In this document: positions 27,338 through 40,600 of the stretch, piece after piece
How positions within the stretch are numbered: position 1 is the first letter of the stretch
How the letters are laid out: every line of letters begins with the position of its first letter
The notes under the pieces: model-generated
Told to the model about the DNA's origin: nothing
The model's input: the letters and a program-made list of their open reading frames with translations, nothing else
Databases searched by the model: none
Made by a program: the position numbers and the translations under genes
Source of the DNA: Antedon mediterranea
Taxonomy: Eukaryota > Animalia > Echinodermata
Reading direction: 5' to 3'
Length of the DNA: 64,000 bases
NCBI RefSeq assembly: GCF_964355755.1
Contig: NC_092677.1
Coordinates: 4,858,101-4,922,100, forward strand

Positions 27338-29320
27338 GCGATGTGTTTACTGAACAAGTAAATACATACAGGTAAATTGATTTCCATTCAAAATCCTAAT
27401 TATTGTTTTAGTCTATTTTATTTTCAAAAGTCAACATCTAGGTTTGTCGTTTTCTGAATTTAACTTTAAAATAACTTATAAATAAAAATAAGTTATTGAA
27501 TTATCTTGAAATTTTTCTGAAATTTATGCGTCTCTACATTTTTCTTTTTTTAGACACCCTGCAGTAGTCTTCATAAATTTTCATTTTATCATCTTTTGTG
27601 AGGAAAGTAACTCAGATGTAATAATGAGAGGAGGAAAATTAAATTGCAAGAGTTTGATTGAATGGGAAGAACCAAGAGTTATTTTACATGAAAAGGAAAC
27701 AAGGTAATTATATTGAGGTTTGACTTAAGTTGACCAAGCGATTAACATTGTTTGCTGGTTATTATGTTTCATACATTTAGATAAGTAATCAATTATTCAT
27801 TTTGTTTCATTTGCTATTACCAATGACATTAATATCAAAGAACATTTGTAAATTGTATTTAAACAAAATGAGAAAACGAAAAAGTGTACAAAGTTGATTC
27901 TAATAATGTAAACATTTGTTTTTAACAATAATTCTACAAATTTACTATACAGTTTTCAGCATGTAGTACCAATTGTGACAGATAAGAAAAATGGAAAATT
28001 GATTCTAATGTGTGTTAAACAAGATAACACCACAAAAGTAAGGAAGATAATAAGGATGAAATCTGCAGATAATGGAGTCAACTGGACAGAACCAGAAGAT
28101 GTACAATTTGATTTGAAAGGCTTACACATAGATGTTATGAGTTAGTATTAGTTTGTATTAGATTGTTACTTATTGAAATTGACTTGCCATACATGGCTTT
28201 GAATCTGACTAATTCATATTTCACAGACCAAATATTTATTTGTCAATTTGAGAGAGAGAGCTTACAATTGTTTATTTGTTCATTGTTTATTTTCCAGAAA
28301 AATTGTTAGTGATGACAAGTACTAATGATGGTGACACCTGGGATATTGTACCTGCTGTTAAACTACAATATTCTACCTTGGGAGGACACATACAAGTAAG
28401 AAACTTGAACATTCCCAGGGTTTCATTTCTAATTACAACATTTTAGTGCCACTGTGTCATATATAGTAATGTGATTTGTTCATTAGGTTGTTGAATATGC
28501 AAATGATGATGTTTACATCAGCTGTTCATTGGAGAACTGTAAACAGCGTTTCCATGTATATGGGAAGGATGGATGTAAAACATTTGATGTCAAGACTGAG
28601 GATGCACAATTAGAGGCAAATCCAGAGTGCCAGGTATACTCTACAATCATGTTTTATATTTGTTGAAGTTATATTTAATGAATGATCTTGAGTTGGAAAC
28701 TCGGCCCTTTTTGGCTTACTTGAGCATCCACATATAAACAAACTAAACTGTAACAAGTTTTTTTATATGATTTATCATCTTATATGAAATAATAAAATGA
28801 ATAAAGAATATTTCATGAGTTGAAAGATTGAATGCTCTATTGAACTGACATAAACTCATACTCAAATATTCTCCATTCAACAAATATGAAATGCTTACTT
28901 TAACATTATTTAAAGGATGTTTAAATTGCAATTATTTGATGTACTTGTTGGTTTAACTCTATTTGCTTTAATATTAATTTATATGATAATTTTAATGTTA
29001 TTTTGGATTATATTATTATCTAGGGTGGTATTTTACGTTTACCAACAAAGACAAATGAGTTCTACCAAATAGCAATGGCAAGTCATGGAAATGAGACAAA
29101 TAAGGATCTTACACTTTACTTAAGTGAAGATGGCTGTAAAACCTGGTGTCAGTTTTATACACTAGGTGCGGTGAATACAGAAGAATGTGACCTAGCTTAC
29201 TACAGTGTAAAAGAAGGGAAAGAAGAAGCAGAAGGAATAGTGTGTGTTTACAGTTATGGTTCAGATACAGAGGGTTATAATATTGGAATGCAGTTGATTT
29301 CTAACAAAGAAATTATGTAA
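27338..29320 (+). CDS. Sialidase (GH33, NEU2/3/4-like) beta-propeller exons of gene A
   Basis: Exons 27338-27371, 27554-27703, 27953-28140, 28298-28395, 28487-28633 and 29024-29320 splice in frame. YRHP (YRIP motif), Asp-boxes SADNGVNW, STNDGDTW and SEDGCKTW, PECQGG, stop at 29320. Confidence 0.85.
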
Positions 29321-30821
29321 ATGTAATTATGAATTAACCTGGTTTACATGCACTTTGGTTGTTTGCAGTGTAAGGCTTAATAATTCTGATGTGATATATC
29401 ATCAATGTACAGTAGTGTGCATGTTTACTCTCACTTTTTCTATATTTTAAAACACCAAATTTGCTGAATCATTAGCAACATAAATTAAAAAGTAAAATAA
29501 AATACACTGTAAAAACCTAATACTACCTTTATATGGACATTAAAATAAAATATTTTAAAGTGATCGGTTAATTTACGCTAAAAAACATCAATGCTTATGC
29601 AAAATACCAATTGTACAGTACAACAGAATAGCAGTAAAAACACCAACACATAAATTGACAATTCTTTTCGAAAAAAAAGAAGCAGAAATTAGCAAAAATA
29701 GTTTTGCTGTCCTGCTTGGACAGCTTCATCATTAAACGGATTGACCTCTAGAGGGTCAACTCTGTCTAATTACAGACTCAATTTATTTGTATCTAAAAAT
29801 CAGATGAACACATATGCAAAGAATACCTTAACATGTACATCAAAGTCAAATACATTTTATTTCTTGATTTGGATAATATTAATTTTTTATAGAATACCAC
29901 ACATTACTATACGCTTTTTCCATTTCCAACCTTAATTTACAATGTAAAAAAGTAGGATAAAAGTACTAGGTCACATAATCTGTATAAGGAAGTAGCTTAG
30001 GTGGTTGAATACTAATCAAATAATCAGACGAAAAAAATTCTGACAGTATTGTGATTTTAGACTTTAGATCTAATACTTTAAAAACATTTGCGACACATTT
30101 AATTTGGAATAAAAAAGTAAATAGTAGTTTTTTCTAATTGAATTTTAAACAGTTTTACTGTTATTTTAGATTTTAGAAAAATGTTAATATAAACTTTGAT
30201 TTAATGCTTTTAAAACATTGAAACGCACTTCAATTAGTGGGTTTTATATTTTGCTAAAATTAGTAATGCTGCATTGACTTTTCTAATTCCAGGTGCCATC
30301 ATTTTAGAAATACCAAATTTTTTTTTTTTTTGCTTTTATGTAGTGTAAAAAGTATGCACTGTATTGGTTATAGATATAATTATATATATATTTAGAAAAA
30401 AAATGACTATAATTTAATTTAATCACTATTTTGACCATTCCTTTCATCCTAATCCTGATTTCTAACTTAATTAAGTTATTCTACTGGTAAATCTTATTTC
30501 CAAAACAGTATAATTTTCCTATTATATTGGATTGACATAATCTAATTTTATTTGCCCAAATGTTGAAAAAATTTACCAAACTTTTAATAAAATTCAACAT
30601 GGTTCCAACTTGAAACCTAAAATTATTATTAATTATTATATAGACATTGTTTTATTTAAAATCAGCAATAAATAAAACATTAAGTTCAATTATATACTAT
30701 TATAACATTGACAAACTATAATTTTATAGTTGTTTTAGTATTTGATATTATAAAATTAAGTTTGTTTCCAACATGGTTCCAACTTGAAACGTAAAGTTAT
30801 TATTATATATTGGTTATAGAA

Positions 30822-30990
30822 GCACTGATGAAGGATAGTGTTGCCTGAAAGCTCTTCAAATGTTTCTGGCTGATTTTACTTTATCGTTTTGATTTAGTTT
30901 TGTTCTTATTTTATTTGTATCACCGTTGAGATCCAGCTACTACTGATACCTGCATCAATGTAATTTTTTTCAGTATTTTTTCTTCAAATT
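30822..30990 (+). mobile_element. Possible Penelope-like element remnant with a minimal hammerhead-like core
   Basis: CTGATGA-AGG(atagtgttg)CCT-GAAA-GCTC at 30825-30854, followed by a T-rich tract; stem I is poorly formed. Confidence 0.35.
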
Positions 30991-31906
30991 AAATTCCTCT
31001 GGTTATTATACGTATTATACTGTATGTATTTAAAATAATCTGTCAAATTCTTTATTATAGCAGTAATATAGACATTGTTATTTAAAAATCAGCAATAAAT
31101 AAAACATTAAAATCAATTATATATATTATTATAACATTGACAAAATATCATTTTATCGTTGTTAATATAGTATTATAAAAATTAAATGTATTTCCTTCCT
31201 GCAAGTGGTGGATACATGGAGTTGTAAAACATTGCCTTGATTGCAAACTGCAGGTAATATCAAATGATTAGGCCCACATATTAGGTCGTGCATATCAAAG
31301 TATCTACGATAATGGTACACACGATTAACGAAACCATTGCAGCTATTGTATTGTTTGCGTAATATTATTGTTTCCGTATACAGTAACAACTTTCTATTAG
31401 TTTACAGGTTTCGATAGTTTTCTCTACCGGTTTGCAGACATCTTTATTTGGAAATAAAAAATATTTCCTCCATGAGTATTCCATGAAATTGAATGTCTGC
31501 ATTATAAATCATCTATACCTAATCACTAAAGCTTAATTATTGTTTTCAAATGCTTTCGTTTTACCTACTAGGCCTATTTGATTTATCTTTATCTTCATTT
31601 TTTATCTTACATAATGAATAACTTCACTATTCATGTGTACTACAATTAAGCTTTTTGGACACCTCTTGAAATGGACACCTTTTAATTATAGACATTCTTC
31701 AAAGAGCACGTTTGTTCCGAGTCCTATCTAATCAGTGCATTTGGTACCACCGTGACCTCTCGTAATCGGACATCTGCCAAAACCTTTTACTGGCATTGCC
31801 ATTTAATGTACAATTACATTTTTTGTTTGATTTACCTCACGTTGGCGGAAACATGGAAATATGTTTAACTGTTTGGATGCATATATGTTGAGCATGAATA
31901 TTAGTA

Positions 31907-34900
31907 TTATATGCCTATCTGTTGACAATAATGTGATTCTGCAACTTTTCCTTTATTGGACGTACTATTAACACCATAATGAGGCTCTTCGTAAAAGCCT
32001 ACACTATTTGTCGAAACCAGTCCTTGGTTTTGGAGTTCTATTTTAATTTCTTCTCCTGTTTCCTGTAGAGACAATAATAATATTTATCATTGATTATGAG
32101 CAAACGTTTGTTTAAACTAAAAACTAAATTTGAACTTGACTAATTGTAGCAACTCCCTATTGAACTTAGCTAGGATGTTGCTTTCAACTCGCTCAAAACT
32201 AAATTCTTCTTGCTGGGATTTTTTGTTGGGACTAATCAATTGTTGAGTTTAACACGTGTAACTTGAGTATAATGAAATTGTTACTTTTGCGATACGTACC
32301 ACTTTGTTAGAAGTGGGTCTAACATATCCCTCGTCATCTAAGTCGACATCACTGTTTGCAGAATTAACTTGCAGATCTTGGTACTGATGACGTTGACGTT
32401 CATGCCCTCTTACTCCTGTCTGAAAAAGAAATGGTGTTTGTTAGTAACATTGATGTTGTTGTGGTACTTATATACTAATTACTAATTAATACTTATATAT
32501 TATCAGAAGAAGAAAAAATTTAACTAGCACAATTGACTTTAAGATACGATTTTATTTCCCGCTGTTAATTAGACGTGCTGTATCTTCTTCTGTAACGCAT
32601 TGATCGGTCATGTGGATATTAGGGACTATACGTTAAAATAGTGTCACTTGAGTATACTAAAATGTTTAACCCCGCCCCTGCAACCAACTTTGTGATATAT
32701 AGTACTACGTCATTATACCTCAATGGCCTTGGCATATCCATCGTCATCTATGGCGATATCAGAGTTTTCCGAAACCTGCAGATCTTGGTACTGATGATGG
32801 TGAAGTTCGATTTCTCTTACTTCTCTCTGTTAAACAATAGATGATGATTGTGTAAATATTGATGTTCTTGTAGCTAAATGGTAACCATTTTCGTTGATTA
32901 CCTATTTTTATATTATTAGGAACTAATCAAATGCTGAGTATTGTGTAACTTGAATATACTAAAATTGTTACTTTTGCGATAGGCCTACATACCACTTTAT
33001 TAGACGTGGGTCTAACATAGTCCTCGTCATCTAAGTCGACATCATTTTTTGCAGAATTAACTTGCAGATCTTGGTACTGATGACCTTGACGTTCAGGCTC
33101 TATTACTCCTCTCTATCAAACAAATGCTGTTAACATTTTTAGTTTATTTCGTTTATTCAATAAATTATGCACAAATATATATAAAAAACATATGATAATA
33201 ATTACATTAACAAGTTCAATAGTACTTTAAAATATAGTATGTGGAAGGAAGCTAATAAGCTAATTAACTTTACGCCTAGGCTATCAGAAACAAGCGAAAG
33301 TTACAATAATAAAATGTTGGGCAGAAAAAATACAACATAATACTATACGATATATTATTATTAAAAATAAATTGATGTTTAGTTGTGTAACTTGTATAAT
33401 ATATTTTAGGTCACGCTTATACTTTTCGCTCTCAATTACACATAACTTTATGCTACTAAAAAGAGGTATAATGCTTTCATCGGTCATTTAATAGTGTCCC
33501 GTATACACACAAGTTTAACCCCCGTCTCCCAATATTGTGATACACACTGAACTACTTTATTAGGCCTATACCTCAATTGGCTTGTCATGTCCCTTGTCAT
33601 CTATGGTGACATCCGAAACTTGCAGATCTTGGTACTGATGGTGTCGACCATCGATTTCCCTTACTTCTCTCTGTTAAAACAATATGGTGTTTTATATAGT
33701 TTGTATCTCTTTAAAATAATAAATAAAAATTTCTTTAATCTTTACTTGAATAAGAAATAATGGTAACACTTAAGTTTGAATTGTTACACACGAGTAGAGA
33801 TTTTTTTTAAATGTCTCGGAAAAGGTTTACCTGTATTCTGGCCATGGATCTTGCTTTAGTTGACATCCTGGTAGCACTAGCCTCCATCGTAGGACCTTTG
33901 TTGAGATCTTTGTATTCTCCAGTATTTGAAGACAATTGCAAGGCTTGATATTGATGATTTTGGCACTTTGAAGTTATTTCTTGTATTTGTTTTAGCTTAA
34001 TAGAAACAATAATAAACAATATAAAATAGATCTAATAAAAGATTAAGTTTACTTACTTATTTATTTTTAAGTTTAAAAAGGTCAACATCATGTTTATTTA
34101 AAATTACTTACATAAATATAACGGGTTATAAACATCGGAACCAAGCCAAGAATTGCAGCAGTAACTGCTATAGTTATCAATATACTTATTGCATACGAAC
34201 AACCACCTATAAATTATAAATATACAATGTTAAATATTGAAATATACATTACTGTATTACATTATACTATACACCTTAGAGTATTCTACAGTATAAAATG
34301 TGTCCAGAAACAAGTTCGGGGTGAATTTTACCTATATTACAGTTCTGTAGGCCTAGAGTATCTGTATTGCTACGCTTTCCATTCTCGGCATAACATGTAA
34401 TAGTTGATTGACATATCTCTTCATCAATTTCTATAGCTGCGATGTTTTCTCCTTTCTTAACCACTTCTCCATCTTGTAATATCAATACTGATGATGGCTT
34501 GGGATGGCCCTCTGCTGTACATGTTGCTACACCATCTTCAGATGTAAAAGTAACAGTGATATCTAAACAAAAATATGATACTAGTAATACTGATGTGGCA
34601 TGTTTATAAATTATTTTGTGAAATTTGAATATTTTTCTTGAGCATTATGTTATGAAACTTGTATTGCCTATTAAAATTAGTATTATCAAAACATTGTCAC
34701 GTGCCATTTCTGAATGGAGATTAATTATGTACAGTATATAGAAAACATTTTCTCTAGAAAGTGATTTTACAAAATTCAATTTTTGATCTGTTATTCTTTA
34801 TTATGTCATCATTCAGCTGCATATAAATAATAAATATATGTGTTATAGATTTATTACTTTAAAATTCAATTTGGACATACAATATCCAATTATGGTTAGC

Positions 34901-36290
34901 TGTCTTCCAACACTTGTTTTAGCATCCTCTCCTTTAAACTGGTCACTTTGTGCTTTACATGCATATCTCCCACCATATTCTTCAGTAGCTGATTTAATTA
35001 CAAGCACTGACTCTACATTGTTATTTGCTGTTACGTATTTAGAAGTTTCATTTATATTGACTGTCTGTCCATCTTTATACCACGTAATGTCAGGAATAGG
35101 GTCACCATCATGTTTACTACATGTAAAGGTCACGGAATGACACTTATATGCAGAACCTGATGACACATTAAGAAGAGGTTGATCCAAGTCTGTAAAAACA
35201 TAATAAAATAGTACTGCAATGTGACAGTTAATAAATAAAGAATGATATTTATTATTATTTCAATTTAGTCGGACATTTACTGATAGCAATCTTTTGGTGA
35301 ATGTCAGAGGGGATTTCAGATATATAGCTACTAATCGTGTAGCGTAATGTACCGATGACATGCAGTGCCGGCATCTGCATGAACCACCGAAGTAGATTTC
35401 CAGGCCGAGAATAATTGTCTTCATACATTTCAGATATTATTTATTTACAAATGAAAGAAAAAAACAATTTTTTTAGAATAATGACATTAATTTTACTTAC
35501 AATATACAGTTAGTAACGATTGGTTTGACATTTCAATGTTCCCATTTTTTGCTCGAATCTTGCATTGAAATGCTCGTTTAGAATCACCTCTGGTTGGCTG
35601 TGACATCACCAAGTCAGCTCTACCAGGTGTTATGTTTAACTTAAAACGATCATTTTCCATCTTGTTCTTATTAACAAAACCAGGATTAATGATTACCCCC
35701 TCATGTAGTTCATCCCATTGTATTACATCAGGTGTAGTAGACATAACTTGAGAATAATCACAAATTATTACCCCTTCAACGTCACCCTCTTTTGCTTTTT
35801 GGTCAGATGCTGTCACCGACTGTCCATGTGATTCTAACAAAAAGAAAAAAATACCAAAAATACTAATACATGATATACTAAGGTGTTTTGATAAGCAACA
35901 TTAATCGTAAAATCAGATTAAAACATTTATGAATTTTTATTTTTCAATGACGTTTAAATTGGACTTGGAAACATTTCATTAAGACACGAAAACTGTTCTA
36001 ATTGTTTTTCTGTAGAAAAAATCTAAACGGCTAATATGTTGTCCTTATCGTCCTTATAAACATGTTTTTGTGTGTCTACTATCTATCTACTCCCTGCTGT
36101 TGTAATTTCAACCATAACACGCATTTATTTTAACTATTTAACTATACAGTATGTCTGTCTGTTATACGACAGCACCAACTAATAATAAAACTAATAGAAT
36201 TACGATATTAAGAAATACCACTAGAGTGTAATATACTTTACCGAATAAAGAATGCTGTATAACAATTAGCAACGTCAACCATAACGCCAT
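31907..36290 (-). CDS. Gene B: intact type-I Ig-superfamily receptor (SP-V-I-domain3-TM-ITAM plus Tyr repeats), 594 aa
   Basis: 11 GT-AG exons: 36290-36242, 35833-35501, 35189-34881, 34562-34332, 34206-34112, 33995-33831, 33670-33572, 33112-32993, 32826-32719, 32419-32300 and 32062-31907. Total 1785 nt, open from MALWLTLLIV to TAA. Confidence 0.9.
32300..33670 (-). repeat. Four tandem phase-0 cytoplasmic exons (two types, alternating) encoding HQYQDLQV...DD(E/D)GY
   Basis: Direct translation; CTTGCAGATCTTGGTACTGATG-type core at ~32378, 32775, 33061 and 33618. Confidence 0.9.
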
Positions 36291-36749
36291 ATCTATAAGA
36301 AATAAAAATAGGCCATCTGTGAGCATGAATGTTGTAATTATAAACACATTTACAATGATCAGTTTCTTAATGTAAACATTGATTTTCTTTGTTTTGAACG
36401 AAATAACAATCATTGACAATCGGGATCTTCACCGGTCGTGGTTTCGATCGTTATCGGCATACTTTATTGCTTTGCGATAATTTCAGATATAACCACGTAT
36501 ATTTAATAATAAAAAATACATAAAAAAATGGTTTCATCAGTTATTATAGGGACTGTGATTCATGATTCATTCGATTTTCTAAAATGTCGGGTTAAACTTT
36601 AATAAAAAGCCTCTATTTACTTTATCGAATGGTGGGTTGGGGTGGGAATGTTGGTAGGGGAGATAGGGATAGAATAGACAGGTTGGTGAGGAGGGCAGGG
36701 AGGATGGTTGGATGTGAATTACCTGTGGTGGAATCGGTCTATCATGAAC

Positions 36750-37101
36750 GGTTAAGTTGCGCAATATGTTTAGAGTGATATGGAATGATGTTAGTCATCC
36801 CCTTAACTCGGACATTGCCGACTGCCTTATGGAACGTAGTGGTAGACTGAGGCCGCCACGGGGATCCACTGAACGCCATCGTCTCTCCTTCCTCTCCCAA
36901 GGGCCATACGAGACTATAATGAAAGATTTCAAAGATAGGGGAGTTTATTGAATACAGTATTTTTGTTATTATTACTATTATTATCACACTTACGTTTTAT
37001 GTCTATCTTTTTTCTTTTCTTTACGGCATTGTAATAAGACAGCAACACAATTTCCATAGTTGGGATGAATAAAGTTTCCTTGTATCCTTGTATCCTTGTA
37101 T
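36750..37101 (+). mobile_element. 5'-truncated LINE 3' end (Rex-Babar/L2-like)
   Basis: SHPLN...SGRLR..STERHRLSF C-terminal motif, AATAAA and a (CCTTGTAT)n tail. Confidence 0.6.
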
Positions 37102-37292
37102 AACCATTTTCACCCTTTTTCTAAAATTTTACTCCAAAAATATTTTTGTTTTAAGCATAGTAGGCCTATATACTGACTCCAAATAACGCTACCATGACAT
37201 AATTAAGGCAAACTAATAAATGTAACAAATTATGATTTAAAACATTTGATTTTAAAAAAAAATGGAGGAGCCTGCACTTTTACTTTGTGTTA

Positions 37293-37490
37293 AGCGTGGT
37301 TCCCAGTAGAACGTAAGTAACGCAAGGTCGTAAACGCAACACAAGCGTTTTAACCAATGACAAGCGAAGTTATAGAGAGTTAGCAATCACAAGCGAATAA
37401 GCCATCGCTTGTGATTGGTCAATTCACTTGCGTTGCGTTACGTCCTTGCGTTGCGTCGCTAGTGGGAACCAAGCTGTAGGAACCACGCTT
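37293..37490. mobile_element. MITE (PIF/Harbinger-like termini)
   Basis: AGCGTGGTTCCCA...TGGGAACCAAGCT and GGAACCACGCTT, with an imperfect long inverted repeat between. Confidence 0.65.
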
Positions 37491-37694
37491 TCTTTATGAA
37501 GAAGAGTAGTGGGCCGCGCCGGGAACCATGCTAAAACACCCTCAACGTAGTGGTGGTGGGGAAGACAACTAAAATAAACAAACTCTGACTGTTAATTGTT
37601 ATGTTATCAAAGTGTAGTAGGTTCTTTGATGTTATGTACAAGTTTAAGTTACCGTTTTACTAGCCTAGGCCTAGAGGGTAGAGCTATATTAATA

Positions 37695-40600
37695 ATGAGT
37701 GTGGGAAACGGGAGACCGAGACATAAAGTAAGCACAGTTTAGCATAAAATATTATGTATTTAATGTAGTTTTTGCATTCACTCGCGTTTTGCACTTAGAT
37801 AGCGCTAAAAAAACTACCAGTCCAAGAAGGGCAGGCTGACTGAGTTGTTCTCGCCCGGGTAGGACTAACAGGTGCTCTTTCTTGAATAAGTACTAACTAG
37901 GCCTAGGGGGCGTATAAATAGGGCGGTTCTAGGGCCTAGAAACTAACCTATCTATTTTAAAAATGTATATTTCTATTTTATTCACACTCTAGACGGACGT
38001 CCACTACTGAATGGTCTTTTTTTTTTCGTTTTATTTTTTGTTTTGGCATTGTTTGATTAATCATAATTAATAATGATTAAATACAAAATAAATTAATAAC
38101 AGTTTGAAAGATTCCATGGCAAAATCAATATGTTGATATAAAATTTGCAGTATGGTACACCATATATAAAATTGTCATTATTGGGTACAAGGATGAAGCC
38201 GGCTTCACTGACAATCGTTTTGAGTCACCATTGCCAGATGAATCTTTTACGATTGTATTTGTGGGGAGGTCCAACCAAAATGCAGTTGATGCATGTTCTC
38301 CAAACACAAGTGGCCTAGACTGAGAAAACTTTCACACATTGGACAAAACATATAAATATACTTTCTAAACAGTTGGAACTCACAGACTTTTCCAAACATG
38401 TGAAATCTGTTCTTCTTTCGAATACTGCTTAACTATCCTTAAGGATCAAAACAAGCAGGGTTTGTGCCCATGCTATTGCATGCATGATTTTGAATATTAA
38501 TGTTGACAGAGTTGTGAATTATAATCTATTATTGTTTAATATATAATTATTGTTATTTTTATTTTCAGTCTCTTGCAGGCCTGTTTTTGTTTGTAGTATT
38601 GTTGGATAATACTAAAAACAGTAAGTTTAATTGTATGGTCTAACTTATAACTTGCTTCATTTACTAGTACTAATTGATCACATTTGAATCTCGATACCTG
38701 GGTACCAATTTAGAAATAATTAGGTCAGTTGAATTATACACTTTTAGGTAACAAAAAAAGGCCATGTTGTAAATGTATGAACTAATGCTTATCAGTCTTA
38801 TCAGGCTGTTTTTTTATTTGATATCCATATTCAAATCCCATACACTATTTAAACTTTGGTGTTATTTCATTTTAAGCATGTGGTCAATTGGAGACAAAAT
38901 TTAACCAGACAGCTAAAGAAGGTGATACTGAAGTGGTGATTTCTTGTGATTATTCACAATTTACTTCTACTACATCTGCAATACAATGGGATGAACTAAA
39001 TGAAGATAGAGTAATTATTAATCATGGTTTTGTTAATGATGATAAGATAGAAAATAGGCGTTTCAAATTAACCGTTACACCTGGGAAAGCTGATTTGGTG
39101 TTGTCACAGCCAATGAGAAATGATTCTGGACGAACATTCCAGTGTGAGATACAAACAACAAATGGAGATACTCAAAGACTAAATCCATCTATGCTAACTA
39201 TTTATTGTAAGTAACAAACAAACAAACAATTTATTTTGATGTTTTTAATTAAATAGTCTATACATTTTGATAAATACACTGTGTACTGTTTTGATACTTC
39301 TCAGACTTGGATCAACCAATTCTTGATACCTCAGCAAGCACTGTCTATGAAGGTCAATCAGTGACCTTTACCTGTAGTAAACCTGATGGTGATCCTATTC
39401 CTCACATTACTTGGTATAAAGATGGACAGACAGCCAACACCAACAACCCTTCTAGATATGAGATTGCAAATACCAGTACAGAGTCAGTTCTTAAGATTAA
39501 ATCAGCTACTGAAGAAGATGGTGGGAGATATACATGTAAAGCAAAAAGTGATCAGTTTAAAGGAGATGATGCTAAGACAAGTGTCAAAGTACAGTTGCAC
39601 ACAATTGAATATTGTATGTACACATTTAATTTTAAATTAATAAATCTATGTCTGTAATGTGTAATAAATACAGTATATTTTATACAGTGAATAATGACAG
39701 AATACAGAATAACAGATCAGAAATTGAAAATACAAAGTTCCAAGTTTTCCAAATATAAATGGTAATTGTAATTAAAAAAAAGAGAATAATTGACTACTTT
39801 TTAATAATGGTAAAGTTAAAATAAAATTGCTACAGAATCTAGTTTATGACAACAATGTTAATTTTCTCTTGTTGTCTGTTGTTTACACTGTAAAGCTAAA
39901 TTGTTCAAATTGAAAATTTCAGTAAAAGGAAACAAACCTGTTAATGTTTGCTTTCTTTCAGATATTGTTGTTACTTTTACATCTAAAGATGGTTTTGCAA
40001 CATGTACAGCAGAGGGCCATCCCACGCCATCATCAGTATTGATATTACAAGATGGAGAAGTGGTTAAGGAAGGAGAAAATACAGCTACTATAGAAATAGA
40101 TGACGAGATATGTCCATCAAGTTTTACATGTTTTGCAGAGAATGGGAATCTCAATGAAACAACAACAATGGAGAAGTGTAATACAGGTAAATAAACCATT
40201 TTAAGGTAATATATTTAATGTTCTGCAAAAGAGGAAGCAAGACAACAGACAGGTCTCAAACATGGTCCGTTTATACAGTACAATTAATACTGAAGTTATA
40301 CTACAATATACCCAACAGTATACTACAAAATCATGAATTGCGTTTATAATGTTCATTTTATTTTTGTTTAAAAGACACATTTTTACATTGTGGATGAATG
40401 GAATTAAGTGTAAGATATATTTTGCATACATTTACCAACTAGTTTATTTTATGTTACTAATAACAGGTACTTTTTTTATGAATGTTATGCTTATTTATTT
40501 ACATTTTTGTTTCTTTGCATGTACAAATCAAATACGTATTCCTTTTTTTAAAACTACTTCTTTTAAACATAGCATTAAGTTCACTGGTCCTAAACTTTGG

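Larger units (their letters stand above)
156..29320 (+). pseudogene. Gene A: Ig(V)-Ig(I)-domain3-TM receptor continuing to Ig and sialidase-like exons; disrupted as assembled; first exon lies upstream of the window
   Basis: GT-AG exons 156-189 (FFVFLFIISKT, signal peptide part), 600-929, 1627-1925, 2178-2402, 2966-3061 (TM), a repeated micro-exon triplet, Ig 26866-~27170 and sialidase exons 27338-29320. There is a 1-nt deletion near 1648 (TGA at 1683-1685) and a nonsense codon plus lost donor in the 26866 exon. Collinear with gene C. Confidence 0.7.

Noticed and set aside
27338-29320. Bacterial sialidase acquired by recent HGT or contamination
   Set aside because: It is split by spliceosomal introns and its motifs resemble animal NEU2/3/4.
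35501-35833. Calling the receptors Siglecs or Hydractinia Alr orthologs
   Set aside because: The V domain keeps the canonical B-F disulfide and shows no Siglec-type F-strand arginine motif, and no FnIII-like spacer is evident. The similarity is architectural only, so no gene symbol was given.
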